DNA of 32,000 nt from Promethearchaeota archaeon. Its GTDB lineage: Archaea; Asgardarchaeota; Lokiarchaeia; Sigyniarchaeales; SOKP01. The number at the start of each line of letters is the position of its first letter. Position 1 is the first letter of the stretch. Positions 18,152 through 28,336 of the stretch are shown in pieces. A program made the translations under genes and the position numbers. The notes below the pieces were generated by a model. That model saw only the letters and a list, made by a program, of their open reading frames with translations, ran no database searches and was not told where the DNA came from. Where the stretch lies: positions 1-32,000 of the forward strand of contig JAUWGH010000007.1 of assembly GCA_030606485.1 (NCBI GenBank), read 5' to 3'.

Positions 18152-19873
18152 TTAACTTTCAATTTCTTTAACGATATGTTTCAATTCAAGTATTGGATCT
18201 ACTTCTTTAAAATCATATACGTTTATTTCATAATTATTACTAAAATCATTAAACTTGCATTTACCTTTGATAATAATTTCTTTACCTAATAATTTTTCAG
18301 AGATTTTTTTTAAAAAATCTTCAAACTCAGGAGTTTCTTTTATTAAAATCAAATCAGATGTTTTCACTCCTAGAATTTTTTCTGCCAGATCTCCAATAAA
18401 ACTCCCTCTTATTGTCCCGGATTCATCATCTAATGTTAAATTCAAAATCATTCTGGGAATAGAATCTTTTTTTATATCACAGGTGCAATTCTCAACCTTC
18501 TTGAAACAATCAGGACAAGAATTATAAATGGTAATATTAGAAATTTCTTTTGCAATAAAGCCCTTTACTTCGAATCTCCCAGAAGAATTTATTTCTGAAA
18601 TATTTGTATATTTTCCCGAAAATTTAGTTTTATCTGTTCCTTGAGTTGAATAATCTTGGGAGATATTTTTAACGTCTTGAATTTCTAAATCGATTTTATT
18701 AATTTCTGATGTTGTAGAAAATGAAACCTCATTTCTTGAAGAAAATGAATTAAATTTAACTAAGACATTTTTTAATGATACACCATCACCCAATTTAAGA
18801 ATATCTGAAAATCTTTCTGCGACATCTCTCCACAATGATACTCTAATTGCGTCAGTGTCATCACTCACGATAAAATTTAAAAGGGAAATTTCTTCATTAT
18901 TTTTTAATTTGACTTTTTTAAGATTATCGATTTGAGTAATAATTCCTTGAAAATTGACAAAACCTTGATGTTTTTGGAGCAGTTCAATTTTTAAGAGTTT
19001 TTTCTCCTTTTTTTTAATTTTTTCTTTTTTTATTTGTGAAGTTTTTCCAAAATATAAATCAATTTTTTCTGGATTTCTATTATTTTGTTTAGGATATAAA
19101 TTTGATATATTAACAAAATCTCCCATATTATAATCAGATAATTTTTCCACATCTAGATTCCAAAAAGTAACTGTTATTATTCCTGTAGAATCACCAATGA
19201 TTAGAGAACGAACTTTTCCAATTTCACCATCATTCCTCTTAAATTCATGTTTTGGATATATTTGCGAGATTTCTCCAGAGATCGTAATTAATCTTAAATT
19301 TAAATTAATATCTTTAATAGAAATTACTTGTTCTTTAATTTCTGGATATTTCTTATAATCAACATCATCAGGAGATAGAATAATTCTACCATTTCTACCT
19401 ATGTGGACTTCTTTTTCATTAAATCTTCCTATTTTAATATTAGCATTAATAATTTTAACTAATTCATTTTTCTGAAAATAATCATTTTCTATTATTTTTG
19501 TTTTCTCATCCCAAAGAATAATACGTATATCTCCGGTTGAGTCATGAAGTAAGAAAGAACCAACCAAGCCTAAAGTTCCATCCTTTCTTGTAAAATTATT
19601 TACTGGATAAGTTTCTCTTATTCTTCCGATCAATGAAAGATTTTTCATATTTAACGATATATCACTAATATTTATTTCTATTTTCTCTGAAGTAATTTTA
19701 TTTCTATTTTGTATCTCCACCCCCAATTCCTTGGCAACAATAAAAAGAGCTCCTTCATCAGAAATTAAACCTTTTAGGGCTAATTTTTTTTCTTCCATTC
19801 GTTCTTGTATATCTTTCTTACTTAAACCCGTTTTTTGGATAATTTTATTTATATATTCTTCGTTTTCGGTCAT
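18152..19873 (-). CDS. rpa: Replication protein A (multi-OB-fold ssDNA-binding protein with Zn site)
   Basis: N-terminal LISDEGALFIVAKELG; repeated OB folds (DSTGDIRIILWD, DSTGIITVTFWN, DDTDAIRVSLWR, DDESGTIRGSF); CPDC...C-x-C cluster. Confidence 0.92.
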   Translation of the reverse strand: MTENEEYINKIIQKTGLSKKDIQERMEEKKLALKGLISDEGALFIVAKELGVEIQNRNKITSEKIEINISDISLNMKNLSLIGRIRETYPVNNFTRKDGTLGLVGSFLLHDSTGDIRIILWDEKTKIIENDYFQKNELVKIINANIKIGRFNEKEVHIGRNGRIILSPDDVDYKKYPEIKEQVISIKDINLNLRLITISGEISQIYPKHEFKRNDGEIGKVRSLIIGDSTGIITVTFWNLDVEKLSDYNMGDFVNISNLYPKQNNRNPEKIDLYFGKTSQIKKEKIKKKEKKLLKIELLQKHQGFVNFQGIITQIDNLKKVKLKNNEEISLLNFIVSDDTDAIRVSLWRDVAERFSDILKLGDGVSLKNVLVKFNSFSSRNEVSFSTTSEINKIDLEIQDVKNISQDYSTQGTDKTKFSGKYTNISEINSSGRFEVKGFIAKEISNITIYNSCPDCFKKVENCTCDIKKDSIPRMILNLTLDDESGTIRGSFIGDLAEKILGVKTSDLILIKETPEFEDFLKKISEKLLGKEIIIKGKCKFNDFSNNYEINVYDFKEVDPILELKHIVKEIES

Positions 19874-20125
19874 ATCTCTTAAACATCCTTTTGATTATTA
19901 TTTTCATTAATAAAATGATTGGTTTTAATAAAATTTCATTATTACAAATCTTTTAAAAAGTATTACTTCTGTAAATTAATAATTTATTATTATTATCAAA
20001 ATAAGTAAAAAAATGAATTGAAAAAATTTTTTAAAAAAAAAATGCTTGACAATTTATTTTTCCTATGATTTTATTAATTTTTAATTATTGATCTTTTTAA
20101 ATTAAAAAGAGATTTTTATTTCCTA

Positions 20126-20881
20126 ATGAGAATTATACCAGTCATTGATCTCCTAAATTCAATAGTTGTACATGCCATTGCTGGTAAAAGGGAAACTTAT
20201 TCTCCATTATTCTCAGTTTTAATAAAGGATTCTTCAGACCCCATTAAATTAATTGAAGCGTATATTGAAAAATTATCAGTGTCCGAAATCTACATTGCAG
20301 ATTTGGATTCAATACTTAAAAATACTCCAAATCTTGATATAATAAAAAATATCATTAATATTTTTGATATAGATATATTATTAGATCCTGGAATAAAATC
20401 TGAGCAAGATCTTTGGAAATTCTATGAATTAGGAATAAATAAGTTAATACTTGGAACGGAAACAATTCTATCTATGAAAATTATTGAAAATGCTCTCGAT
20501 ATTTTCAAGCAGAGAGATATTATTGTAAGTATTGATTTAAAAAAAAATAAACTTTTAACACAGAGTCAAGAACTTAAAAATCTTAGCCCTTTTCACTTTA
20601 TTAAGCAAATTCAAAAATTTGGAGTTTCAGAAGTTATTCTTTTAGATTTATCAAGAGTAGGTAAAAAAACAGGAAATATCCCTAGAGAATTTCTCGAAAT
20701 CCGTAATAACACAGAAATTTCTCTCTTAATTGGAGGTGGTATTAAAGATTTTAATGACATTCTTAAAATTGAAAAATATAATTTTTCAGGAGTCTTACTT
20801 GCTACGGCAATTCATGAAGGATTAATTAAACCTCAACAAATCAAAAATTATCTATTATCTTCTCTTAGGGTGATTAAATAA
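20126..20881 (+). CDS. HisA/HisF-related TIM-barrel protein (type associated with methanofuran/H4MPT C1 clusters)
   Basis: MRIIPVIDLLNSIVVHAIAGKRETYSP, IYIADLDSI, VILLDLSRVG, LLIGGGIK. Confidence 0.85.
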   Translation: MRIIPVIDLLNSIVVHAIAGKRETYSPLFSVLIKDSSDPIKLIEAYIEKLSVSEIYIADLDSILKNTPNLDIIKNIINIFDIDILLDPGIKSEQDLWKFYELGINKLILGTETILSMKIIENALDIFKQRDIIVSIDLKKNKLLTQSQELKNLSPFHFIKQIQKFGVSEVILLDLSRVGKKTGNIPREFLEIRNNTEISLLIGGGIKDFNDILKIEKYNFSGVLLATAIHEGLIKPQQIKNYLLSSLRVIK

Positions 20882-21415
20882 TTATTCTGTCATATAAATC
20901 TGGTTATCTTCAGATATTTCTAGTGCTTTTTTACAAACTGGACAGGATTTTTTCATCTTAACCCATTCGAAAAAATGATTTTTATGAGCTTTTGCACCAC
21001 AAACTGGACAAATTACCTGCTCATCGAAAATTTCTATACTTTTTTCACAAACTGGGCATTTAATCCTAGATGCAGTTGATATTTTTATTAAATCTTTTCT
21101 TGGATCTAAAATTACTTTTTCTGTATTATCAGGCGATGGAGTAATTGTTCTCATCTCACTACCTGTATCAAAACAGAATATACTTCCCTCACTGGAATCT
21201 TTTCGGTTTCCCAACCACACGAGCTTTCCTTTTGCGAAAATATTACCATTTCGTTCTAATGCTAAATTTATATTTTGATTTTCTATAACATAGGTTTGAA
21301 TAACCTTCGTAAACGTCACGCTATCAAAATTTTCAGTCATTTGCTTTATTACCTCTAATGGCTCTTTAAATACTTCCTTTGATATTTCTATAACTGACTT
21401 TTCTTTTGCAGGCAT
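20882..21415 (-). CDS. RING-finger-like protein (candidate E3 ligase)
   Basis: C-terminal CPVC-x11-CPVC-x4-H-x2-H-x3-W-x6-CPVC pattern, including the RING-type Trp and CPxC. Confidence 0.75.
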   Translation of the reverse strand: MPAKEKSVIEISKEVFKEPLEVIKQMTENFDSVTFTKVIQTYVIENQNINLALERNGNIFAKGKLVWLGNRKDSSEGSIFCFDTGSEMRTITPSPDNTEKVILDPRKDLIKISTASRIKCPVCEKSIEIFDEQVICPVCGAKAHKNHFFEWVKMKKSCPVCKKALEISEDNQIYMTE

Positions 21416-21679
21416 AAATTTAAATCACATTTCTTTTTTATAATAAGATAATCTAAATTTGGGTTTTTAATTATTTTTAAATTTTATTAATCTTATAGAT
21501 TTTTTTTTAATATTATTTAAGAGCTTTAAAAATAATGAAGCAAATAAGAAATAAAAAAATTTTATATTATTTTCAATAAATTTTAAAATTAAGTAATAAA
21601 ATAAAAAATAATTTAAGGTTTCTGTTATTTTAATCTAAAGTTATAAATTAAATTATAGATTCCTCCAATAGATTAAAAA

Positions 21680-22414
21680 ATGAAGAGCAATCGAATATTA
21701 TTACTCGTGAGTCCACGAAATATTGAAGAAGCATTAGAAGTTATTAATTCCAATGCAGATTTTATTGATTGCAAAAATCCATCTGAAGGATCTTTGGGAG
21801 CTAACTCTCCAAAAATGATTCAGAGTATGAAAAGCATAATTCCTAAAAATAGTAACAAATTATTAAGTGCAACAATTGGTGATTTTCCAAATTTACCTTG
21901 TTCTGCTGCTTTAGCGGCATTAGGTGCTTCTTATTCTGGTGCAGATGTAATTAAGGTCGGAATAATGGGGCCTAATAACCTACAAAAAGCAATTTTATTA
22001 ATGAAAAGTGTTGTTGATGCAGTAAAAAATTATGATAAGAGAATTTTAGTAGTGGCTGCCGGATATGCTGATCAAAAAAGAATAAACACATCTCTTGATC
22101 CCATGTTAATTCCAGAAGTTGCTACAAGAGCAGGTTGTGATATTGCAATGCTTGATACTGCCATAAAAGATGGAAAAGGCTTATTTGATTTTTTAAGTAT
22201 CAAATCATTAATTAAATTTAAAAATAACGCAAAAAAGAAAAGATTATCTGTTGCCTTAGCTGGAAACCTAAAAATGAGAGATATTGAAAATATTAAGAAA
22301 ATCAAACCAGATATTATTGGTGTCCGTTCAGTTGTGTGTACTAATAATGATCGTAATAATGGAAGTATTAAAAAAGAACTTATCGAAAAATTGTGGAAAG
22401 AATTAAATTACTGA
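21680..22414 (+). CDS. mfnB: (5-formylfuran-3-yl)methyl phosphate synthase (DUF556, methanofuran biosynthesis)
   Basis: LLVSPRNIEEA, DCKNPSEGSLGAN, SATIGD, VVAAGYAD, MLDTAIKDGK, ALAGNL, DIIGVRSVVC. Confidence 0.92.
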   Translation: MKSNRILLLVSPRNIEEALEVINSNADFIDCKNPSEGSLGANSPKMIQSMKSIIPKNSNKLLSATIGDFPNLPCSAALAALGASYSGADVIKVGIMGPNNLQKAILLMKSVVDAVKNYDKRILVVAAGYADQKRINTSLDPMLIPEVATRAGCDIAMLDTAIKDGKGLFDFLSIKSLIKFKNNAKKKRLSVALAGNLKMRDIENIKKIKPDIIGVRSVVCTNNDRNNGSIKKELIEKLWKELNY

Positions 22415-22920
22415 AGATAACGATGTATAATAACTCAAAACAAAAAAAAATCAAAGTAGCGGAACCAAGTGACTATTTTTTTATAGAACTTTGTGCCAAA
22501 GAATGTATTGATCTAATAAAGAATTTTAAAAAAAAATTTGAAAATAATGACTTTTTTATTCTGATTGACTCTTATGAAAATAATGTTGCAGGAGTTTTAG
22601 TAAGTGAAAAAAATAATGTAATTAAATCTATCAAAGATATTTTACCAGCTATGCAAATTCATTTTGTATATGTTAATCCAGCATTTAGAGGTAAGAGAAT
22701 AGGTCATAATTTACTAAATGAATTTGTAAATATTCAAAAAAAAAATAATATTGCTTTAATATTTGCAGAACTCTTTAAAAATAATAAAAAAGGAATGAAA
22801 TTTTTTGAAAAATTTGGTTTTCAAGAAATAAAAATTACTGCTGCTAAAATTATTCTTACAAAGAATATTTGGGATGACCTAGGTATAAGTTCTCAAGAGT
22901 TCTTTGACATTTTTACATAA
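22393..22920 (+). CDS. GNAT-family N-acetyltransferase
   Basis: VYVNPAFRGKRIGHNLL (acetyl-CoA motif A), N...KFFEKFGF. True start may be ATG 22423. Confidence 0.88.
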   Translation: MERIKLLKITMYNNSKQKKIKVAEPSDYFFIELCAKECIDLIKNFKKKFENNDFFILIDSYENNVAGVLVSEKNNVIKSIKDILPAMQIHFVYVNPAFRGKRIGHNLLNEFVNIQKKNNIALIFAELFKNNKKGMKFFEKFGFQEIKITAAKIILTKNIWDDLGISSQEFFDIFT

Positions 22921-23153
22921 ATTCTTTTTTTTTCCGAATTAAATTAAAATAACTCAAAATTAAATGGATTAAAAATTTATTAGTAACGGGAAAATGATGG
23001 GCGACACTTCCTAAATACTAAAAGAAAAATTTATTAAGATTGTTGGTCTAATCATATTGTTATTTATTTTGTTCAGAAATGATAATAATTCAATTTCTTA
23101 GCGCAAGTAAAAAATAAATTTAAAAGAAAAATTAAAATATTTGGTTGATAGTG

Positions 23154-25076
23154 ATGGGAAGCACTTTAACCGAAAAAATTTTAAAAAAACATCTTATTAA
23201 GGGTAAATTAGAAAAAGGTAGTAATATTAGTATAAGGATCGACCAAACTCTAACTCAAGATGCTACTGGTACCATGGCTTATTTGCAATTCGAAGCTATG
23301 GAAGTACCTCACGTTCTAACCGAATTATCTGTTAGTTATGTGGATCACAACACTCTACAAACAGACTATAGAAATGCAGATGATCACAGATATCTACAAA
23401 GTATTGCAGCAAAATATGGTATCTACTTTTCCCGTCCAGGAAATGGTATATGTCATCAGCTTCATCTCGAACGTTTTGCTATTCCTGGGAAAACCTTATT
23501 AGGAAGTGATAGTCATACGCCAACTGGTGGAGGTGTGGGTATGATAGCAATTGGCGCAGGTGGTCTTGATGTTGCTGCTGCAATGGCTGGAGAACCCTTT
23601 TACCTTAAGATGCCAAAGGTCGTAAATGTGCACCTTACGGGGAAACTCCCTGATTTTGTATCAGCAAAAGATATTATTTTGGAAGTTTTACGTAGAATTG
23701 GTGTTAAAGGGGCTGTAAATAAAGTCTTAGAATATACAGGATCGGGAATACAAACTTTAACTGTTCCTGAAAGAGGAACGATTACAAATATGGGAACTGA
23801 AACAGGAGCGACAACTTCAATATTCCCTTCTGATGAAATGACTAAAAATTTCTTAGAAGCCCAAGAGAGAGAAGATCAATGGATTCCTTTAGAACCCGAC
23901 GATGATGCTGTTTATGATGAATTTATTGAAATAAATTTGAATAAGCTTGAACCACTTATTGCTTTACCGCATAGTCCAGGAAATGTAAAGTTAGTAAGAG
24001 AGGTTGAGGGTAAGTCTATTGATCAAGTTTGTATAGGGAGTTGTACGAATTCCACGTTAAGAGATCTAAAAATTGTTGCTAATATATTAAAGGGAAAGAT
24101 AATCGATAAACATGTTAGCCTAACGATTTCACCTGGATCTAGACAAGTTGTAGATCATCTCATTAACTCTGGCGAAATGTCCTATTTAGTAAAAGCAGGA
24201 GCAAGGATACTTGAAAATACATGTGGTCCTTGTATAGGAATGGGACAAGCACCTTCTACTGATGCAGTATCTCTCAGAACCTTTAATAGAAATTTCCTTG
24301 GAAGATCAGGAACAAAAAGTGCTAATGCATATTTAGTCAGTCCTGAAACTGCTGCAGTATCGAGTATATTTGGAAAAATAACAAATCCGAGAAAGTTAGG
24401 TAAGTATCCCAAAATAGAAATGCCAGATAAATTTATTATTAACGATAATATGATTATTTCGCCTTTAGAGGATGGTGATTCAATTCAAATCATCCGAGGA
24501 CCTAATATCAAACCTCTACCTGCATTTGAACCTTTACAAGATAAACTAACAGGAGAAGTTCTATTAAAAGTAGAGGATGACATAACTACCGATCATATTA
24601 TGCCAGCAGGTGCAAAAATACTCCCATTACGAAGTAATATTCCTGAAATAAGTAAATATGTTTTCAATATTATAGATCCCACATTTCCAGATAGATCCTT
24701 ACAAAAAGAAGGGGGCTTTATTATCGGAGGTGATAATTATGGACAAGGCTCAAGTAGAGAACATGCGGCCATCGCCCCGAAATACCTAGGACTCAAAGCT
24801 GTGATAACAAAATCATTTGCTCGTATTCATCTAGCTAACCTTGTTAATTTCGGAATCGCACCTCTTACTTTTGTAAAAAAGGAAGATTATAATAAGATTG
24901 ATCAAGGTGATCTCCTTGATATTGAGTTAAAAACCCTAGATAGTAAAAAGATCATCATGAAAAATCTAACAAAGAATTTAGAAATACCTCTTACCCATTC
25001 TCTTAGTGAGATGGAAATAGTAGTATTAAAGGCAGGAGGAAAACTGCCATTTATAAAAAAAAAGTATGCGAGTTAA
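23154..25076 (+). CDS. acn: Aconitate hydratase (short, about 640-aa type)
   Basis: QDATGT, VDHN, GICHQ, GSDSHT, IGSCTN, CGPCIGMG, NRNF, ITTDHI, NYGQGSSREHAA, SFARIH. ATG 23154 preferred over TTG 23145. Confidence 0.95.
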   Translation: MGSTLTEKILKKHLIKGKLEKGSNISIRIDQTLTQDATGTMAYLQFEAMEVPHVLTELSVSYVDHNTLQTDYRNADDHRYLQSIAAKYGIYFSRPGNGICHQLHLERFAIPGKTLLGSDSHTPTGGGVGMIAIGAGGLDVAAAMAGEPFYLKMPKVVNVHLTGKLPDFVSAKDIILEVLRRIGVKGAVNKVLEYTGSGIQTLTVPERGTITNMGTETGATTSIFPSDEMTKNFLEAQEREDQWIPLEPDDDAVYDEFIEINLNKLEPLIALPHSPGNVKLVREVEGKSIDQVCIGSCTNSTLRDLKIVANILKGKIIDKHVSLTISPGSRQVVDHLINSGEMSYLVKAGARILENTCGPCIGMGQAPSTDAVSLRTFNRNFLGRSGTKSANAYLVSPETAAVSSIFGKITNPRKLGKYPKIEMPDKFIINDNMIISPLEDGDSIQIIRGPNIKPLPAFEPLQDKLTGEVLLKVEDDITTDHIMPAGAKILPLRSNIPEISKYVFNIIDPTFPDRSLQKEGGFIIGGDNYGQGSSREHAAIAPKYLGLKAVITKSFARIHLANLVNFGIAPLTFVKKEDYNKIDQGDLLDIELKTLDSKKIIMKNLTKNLEIPLTHSLSEMEIVVLKAGGKLPFIKKKYAS

Positions 25077-26369
25077 TTGGATATGGCACAAAAAAATATA
25101 TATGAATATGATGCAAAAAAATTTGTTGCGAGTCAATTACCTAATTATTTTCCAGAATTTAATTATCATGGAAAATTAGCAGTAATTACTCCTGAGAAAT
25201 TAGCTAATTTTGATAGATTTGTAGCAGAAAACCCATGGTTAAAAACAGATAAATTAGTAGCAAAACCAGATCAACTTTTTGGAAAGAGAGGTAAAGCTAA
25301 TTTAATATTACTAGACGCTAATTTAGAACAATTAAAGAAATTTGCCGAAGAAAAACTAGATCAGGAATTAAAAATAGGAAATATTAAAGGTGTTCTCAAT
25401 CGTTTATTAATAGAACCATACATTCCCCATGAAACTGAATACTATATGTCAATAACATCTAATCGGTATAATGATTTAATTCATTTTAGTTTTGAAGGAG
25501 GTATTTTTGTAGAAGAAAACTGGGATAAAGTAATTCATATTCCAATTCCATTTGGGACAAATATCGAATCTTTCGATTTGGAAACAAAACTTCCTAATTT
25601 AGGAAAATTTAATGATGTATTAATTCCTTTCATTAAAGGTCTTTTTCAAGTTTATTGTGCTCAAGATTTTGCTTTTTTAGAAATTAATCCTTTTGCAATT
25701 ACTGAGGATAAAAAAATTGTTCCGCTAGATTTAAAAGCTAGATTAGATGATACTGCTGCATTCTTACATATTGATACTTGGGGGAATCCACATAACCCAA
25801 TTGAATTTCCAATTGGTATTGGGCAAAAAATGGCAAAGGAAGAAGGTCTTATTAAGGATTTAGATGAAAAAACAGGTGCTTCTCTTAAATTTCAGATTTT
25901 AAATAGAGATGGACGAATTTGGACGATGGTGGCGGGTGGGGGTGCATCAGTTGTATATACTGATACAATAGTTGATCTAGGATATGGAGATGAATTAGGC
26001 AATTATGGTGAATATTCTGGCAATCCTTCTCGTGAGCACACTGAAATTTATGCTCAAAATATAATTGATCTTATTTCAACCAACCCAGATCCCCAAGGAA
26101 GGGAGAAATATCTTATTATTGGTGGTGGAATTGCTAATTTTACAGATGTTAAGGCAACCTTTACCGGAATTGTTAGTGCAATAAGAAAATCTGCTTACAA
26201 ATTAAAAAATGCAAATGTTAAAATATTTGTTCGTAGGGGTGGTCCTAATGAAAAACAAGGTCTAGAACTCATGAAGCAAGTGGGAAAAGAAACTGGCGTT
26301 CCGATTGAAGTCTACGACCGATATACACATATGACTCGAGTTGTGTCAATTGCACTTAATAAAAATTAG
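25077..26369 (+). CDS. aclB: ATP-citrate lyase beta subunit (ATP-grasp plus citrate-binding domains)
   Basis: KPDQLFGKRGK, LEINPF, ASLKFQILN, WTMVAGGGASVVYTDT, NYGEYSGNP, IIGGGIANFTDV, VRRGGPN. Confidence 0.95.
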   Translation: MDMAQKNIYEYDAKKFVASQLPNYFPEFNYHGKLAVITPEKLANFDRFVAENPWLKTDKLVAKPDQLFGKRGKANLILLDANLEQLKKFAEEKLDQELKIGNIKGVLNRLLIEPYIPHETEYYMSITSNRYNDLIHFSFEGGIFVEENWDKVIHIPIPFGTNIESFDLETKLPNLGKFNDVLIPFIKGLFQVYCAQDFAFLEINPFAITEDKKIVPLDLKARLDDTAAFLHIDTWGNPHNPIEFPIGIGQKMAKEEGLIKDLDEKTGASLKFQILNRDGRIWTMVAGGGASVVYTDTIVDLGYGDELGNYGEYSGNPSREHTEIYAQNIIDLISTNPDPQGREKYLIIGGGIANFTDVKATFTGIVSAIRKSAYKLKNANVKIFVRRGGPNEKQGLELMKQVGKETGVPIEVYDRYTHMTRVVSIALNKN

Positions 26370-26382
26370 AAGAGGTAATAAA

Positions 26383-28218
26383 ATGGAAAGTTATAAACTT
26401 TTTGATAAAAATACTCAAGCAATTATTTATGGTTTTCAAACAAGACCCGTCCAGCGAATGCTTGATTTTGATTTTGTTTGTAAAAGAAAAAAACCATCAG
26501 TTGCCGCAATAATTAGGCCAACTCAGACGGCAGCCATTGGCTATCATAAAGTCTTTTGGGGCAATAAAGAAATTGTTATTCCTATTTATAAAACACTAGC
26601 ATTAGCAACTAAAAAGCATCCAAAAGCCGATATGATGATTAATTTCTCGTCTTTTAGATCATCTTATCCCACTAGCAAGGAAGCTCTTGAGTCAGATACA
26701 ATAAGAACAGTTGTTATAATTGCTGAAGGTATTCCAGAAAGACTAAGCCGCGATTTGATTAGAATCGCACGTGAAAGAGGAAAATTTATTATAGGTCCTG
26801 CAACAGTAGGTGGAATAGTAGCAGGTAATTTCAAAATTGGAAATACAGCTGGAACTCTTGAAAATATAATTCTTTCAAAACTCTATCGTCCAGGTTCAGT
26901 TGGTTTCGTTTCAAAATCAGGCGGTATGAGTAATGAAATGAATTTTATGATTTCTCAATGCACTAATGGTATATACGAAGGTATAGCTATAGGTGGTGAC
27001 CGTTATCCGGGTTCTCGTTTAATAGATCACCTTCTACGTTATGAAGCAAATCCCGAAATTAAAATGTTGGTAGTACTAGGAGAAATAGGAGGAACAGATG
27101 AGTATGCAATTGTAGAAGCAATGAAAAATGGATCTATCAAAAAACCATTGGTCATATGGGTAACTGGTACCGCTGCAAAAATTTTACCTCAAGGATTACA
27201 ATTTGGTCATGCTGGTGCTATGGCTGGAAGCGAGAAAGAAACTGCTGATGCGAAAAACCAAGCTCTTAGAGAAGCTGGAGCAATTGTTCCAGATTCTTAT
27301 GAAGATTTAGATAAAAAAATTAAAGAAACATTTGAAAAATTAAAAAAAGAAGGAAAAATCGTGCCAATTGATGAATTTGAACCACCTAAAGTTCCAATGG
27401 ACTATTCCGAAGCCCAGCGTTTAGGCTTAGTAAGAAGGCCTACAAGCGTTATTGTTACAATTTCGGATGATCGGGGTGATGTTCCCACTTTTGCTGGTGT
27501 AGGATTAGATAAAATTATTAAAGAAAATAAATCAATTGGATATGTAATTGGTCTTTTATGGTTTAAACGAGAATTACCAGAATTTGCCCAACAATTTATT
27601 GAAATAGTAATTAAATTAACCGCAGATCACGGTCCAGCTGTAAGTGGGGCACATAATGCGATTATCACTGCTCGAGCGGGTAAGGATCTTATGTCCTCAC
27701 TTGCTTCTGGTATATTAACGATTGGACCTCGATTTGGAGGTGCTATTTCGAACGCAGCGAAATATTTTAGAGAAGCTTTACAAAAGAGAATGACTCCCTT
27801 AGAATTCATTAATTATATGAAAAATACGGTTCAAATAAATATACCAGGGATTGGTCATAGAATTAAATCCGTTCAAAATCCCGATGTGCGAGTTCAATTA
27901 CTCAAAGAATTTGTGTTTAAAAATTTCTCTAAACACCCCCATCTTGATTATGCTTTAAATGTAGAAAAAATTACTACTTCAAAAAGAAATAATCTCATTT
28001 TAAATGTTGATGGATGCATTGGTATCTGTTTCTTAGATCTTCTTGAAAACTTAGATTTTACTTCTGAAGAAATTGAGGATGTAATATATAGTGAGGCATT
28101 AAATGGTCTTTTTGTCCTTGGAAGATCTATTGGCATGATGGGACATGTTTTCGATCAGAAACGTCAGCGAGCTGGGCTTTTCAGGGAACCTTGGGACCAA
28201 ATATTATTTATAGATTAA
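26383..28218 (+). CDS. aclA: ATP-citrate lyase alpha subunit (CoA-binding, phospho-His and citryl-CoA lyase domains)
   Basis: RMLDFDF, IGPATVGG, SKSGGMSNE, IGGDRYPG, QFGHAGA (phospho-His), ADHGPAVSGAHN, IPGIGHRIKS, LILNVDG. ATG 26383 follows a GAGGT ribosome-binding site. Confidence 0.96.
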   Translation: MESYKLFDKNTQAIIYGFQTRPVQRMLDFDFVCKRKKPSVAAIIRPTQTAAIGYHKVFWGNKEIVIPIYKTLALATKKHPKADMMINFSSFRSSYPTSKEALESDTIRTVVIIAEGIPERLSRDLIRIARERGKFIIGPATVGGIVAGNFKIGNTAGTLENIILSKLYRPGSVGFVSKSGGMSNEMNFMISQCTNGIYEGIAIGGDRYPGSRLIDHLLRYEANPEIKMLVVLGEIGGTDEYAIVEAMKNGSIKKPLVIWVTGTAAKILPQGLQFGHAGAMAGSEKETADAKNQALREAGAIVPDSYEDLDKKIKETFEKLKKEGKIVPIDEFEPPKVPMDYSEAQRLGLVRRPTSVIVTISDDRGDVPTFAGVGLDKIIKENKSIGYVIGLLWFKRELPEFAQQFIEIVIKLTADHGPAVSGAHNAIITARAGKDLMSSLASGILTIGPRFGGAISNAAKYFREALQKRMTPLEFINYMKNTVQINIPGIGHRIKSVQNPDVRVQLLKEFVFKNFSKHPHLDYALNVEKITTSKRNNLILNVDGCIGICFLDLLENLDFTSEEIEDVIYSEALNGLFVLGRSIGMMGHVFDQKRQRAGLFREPWDQILFID

Positions 28219-28336
28219 AGTTACAGTTTCACATATTTAGCGTAAAGTAATTAAAATTTCATTTAAATCAGAAATAACTTAAATAAAAAATTAAAAAAGA
28301 AATGTTAAATAAAATAATATCTGAGGTTTAAAAATA

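Noticed and set aside
22985-23065. GC-richer patch ATGATGGGCGACACTTCC upstream of aconitase as a C/D-box sRNA
   Set aside because: Box C-like start, but no CTGA D box at a suitable distance.
26341-26382. Extended aclA start at 26341
   Set aside because: It overlaps the aclB 3' end; ATG 26383 has a GAGGT RBS and gives a more typical N-terminus.
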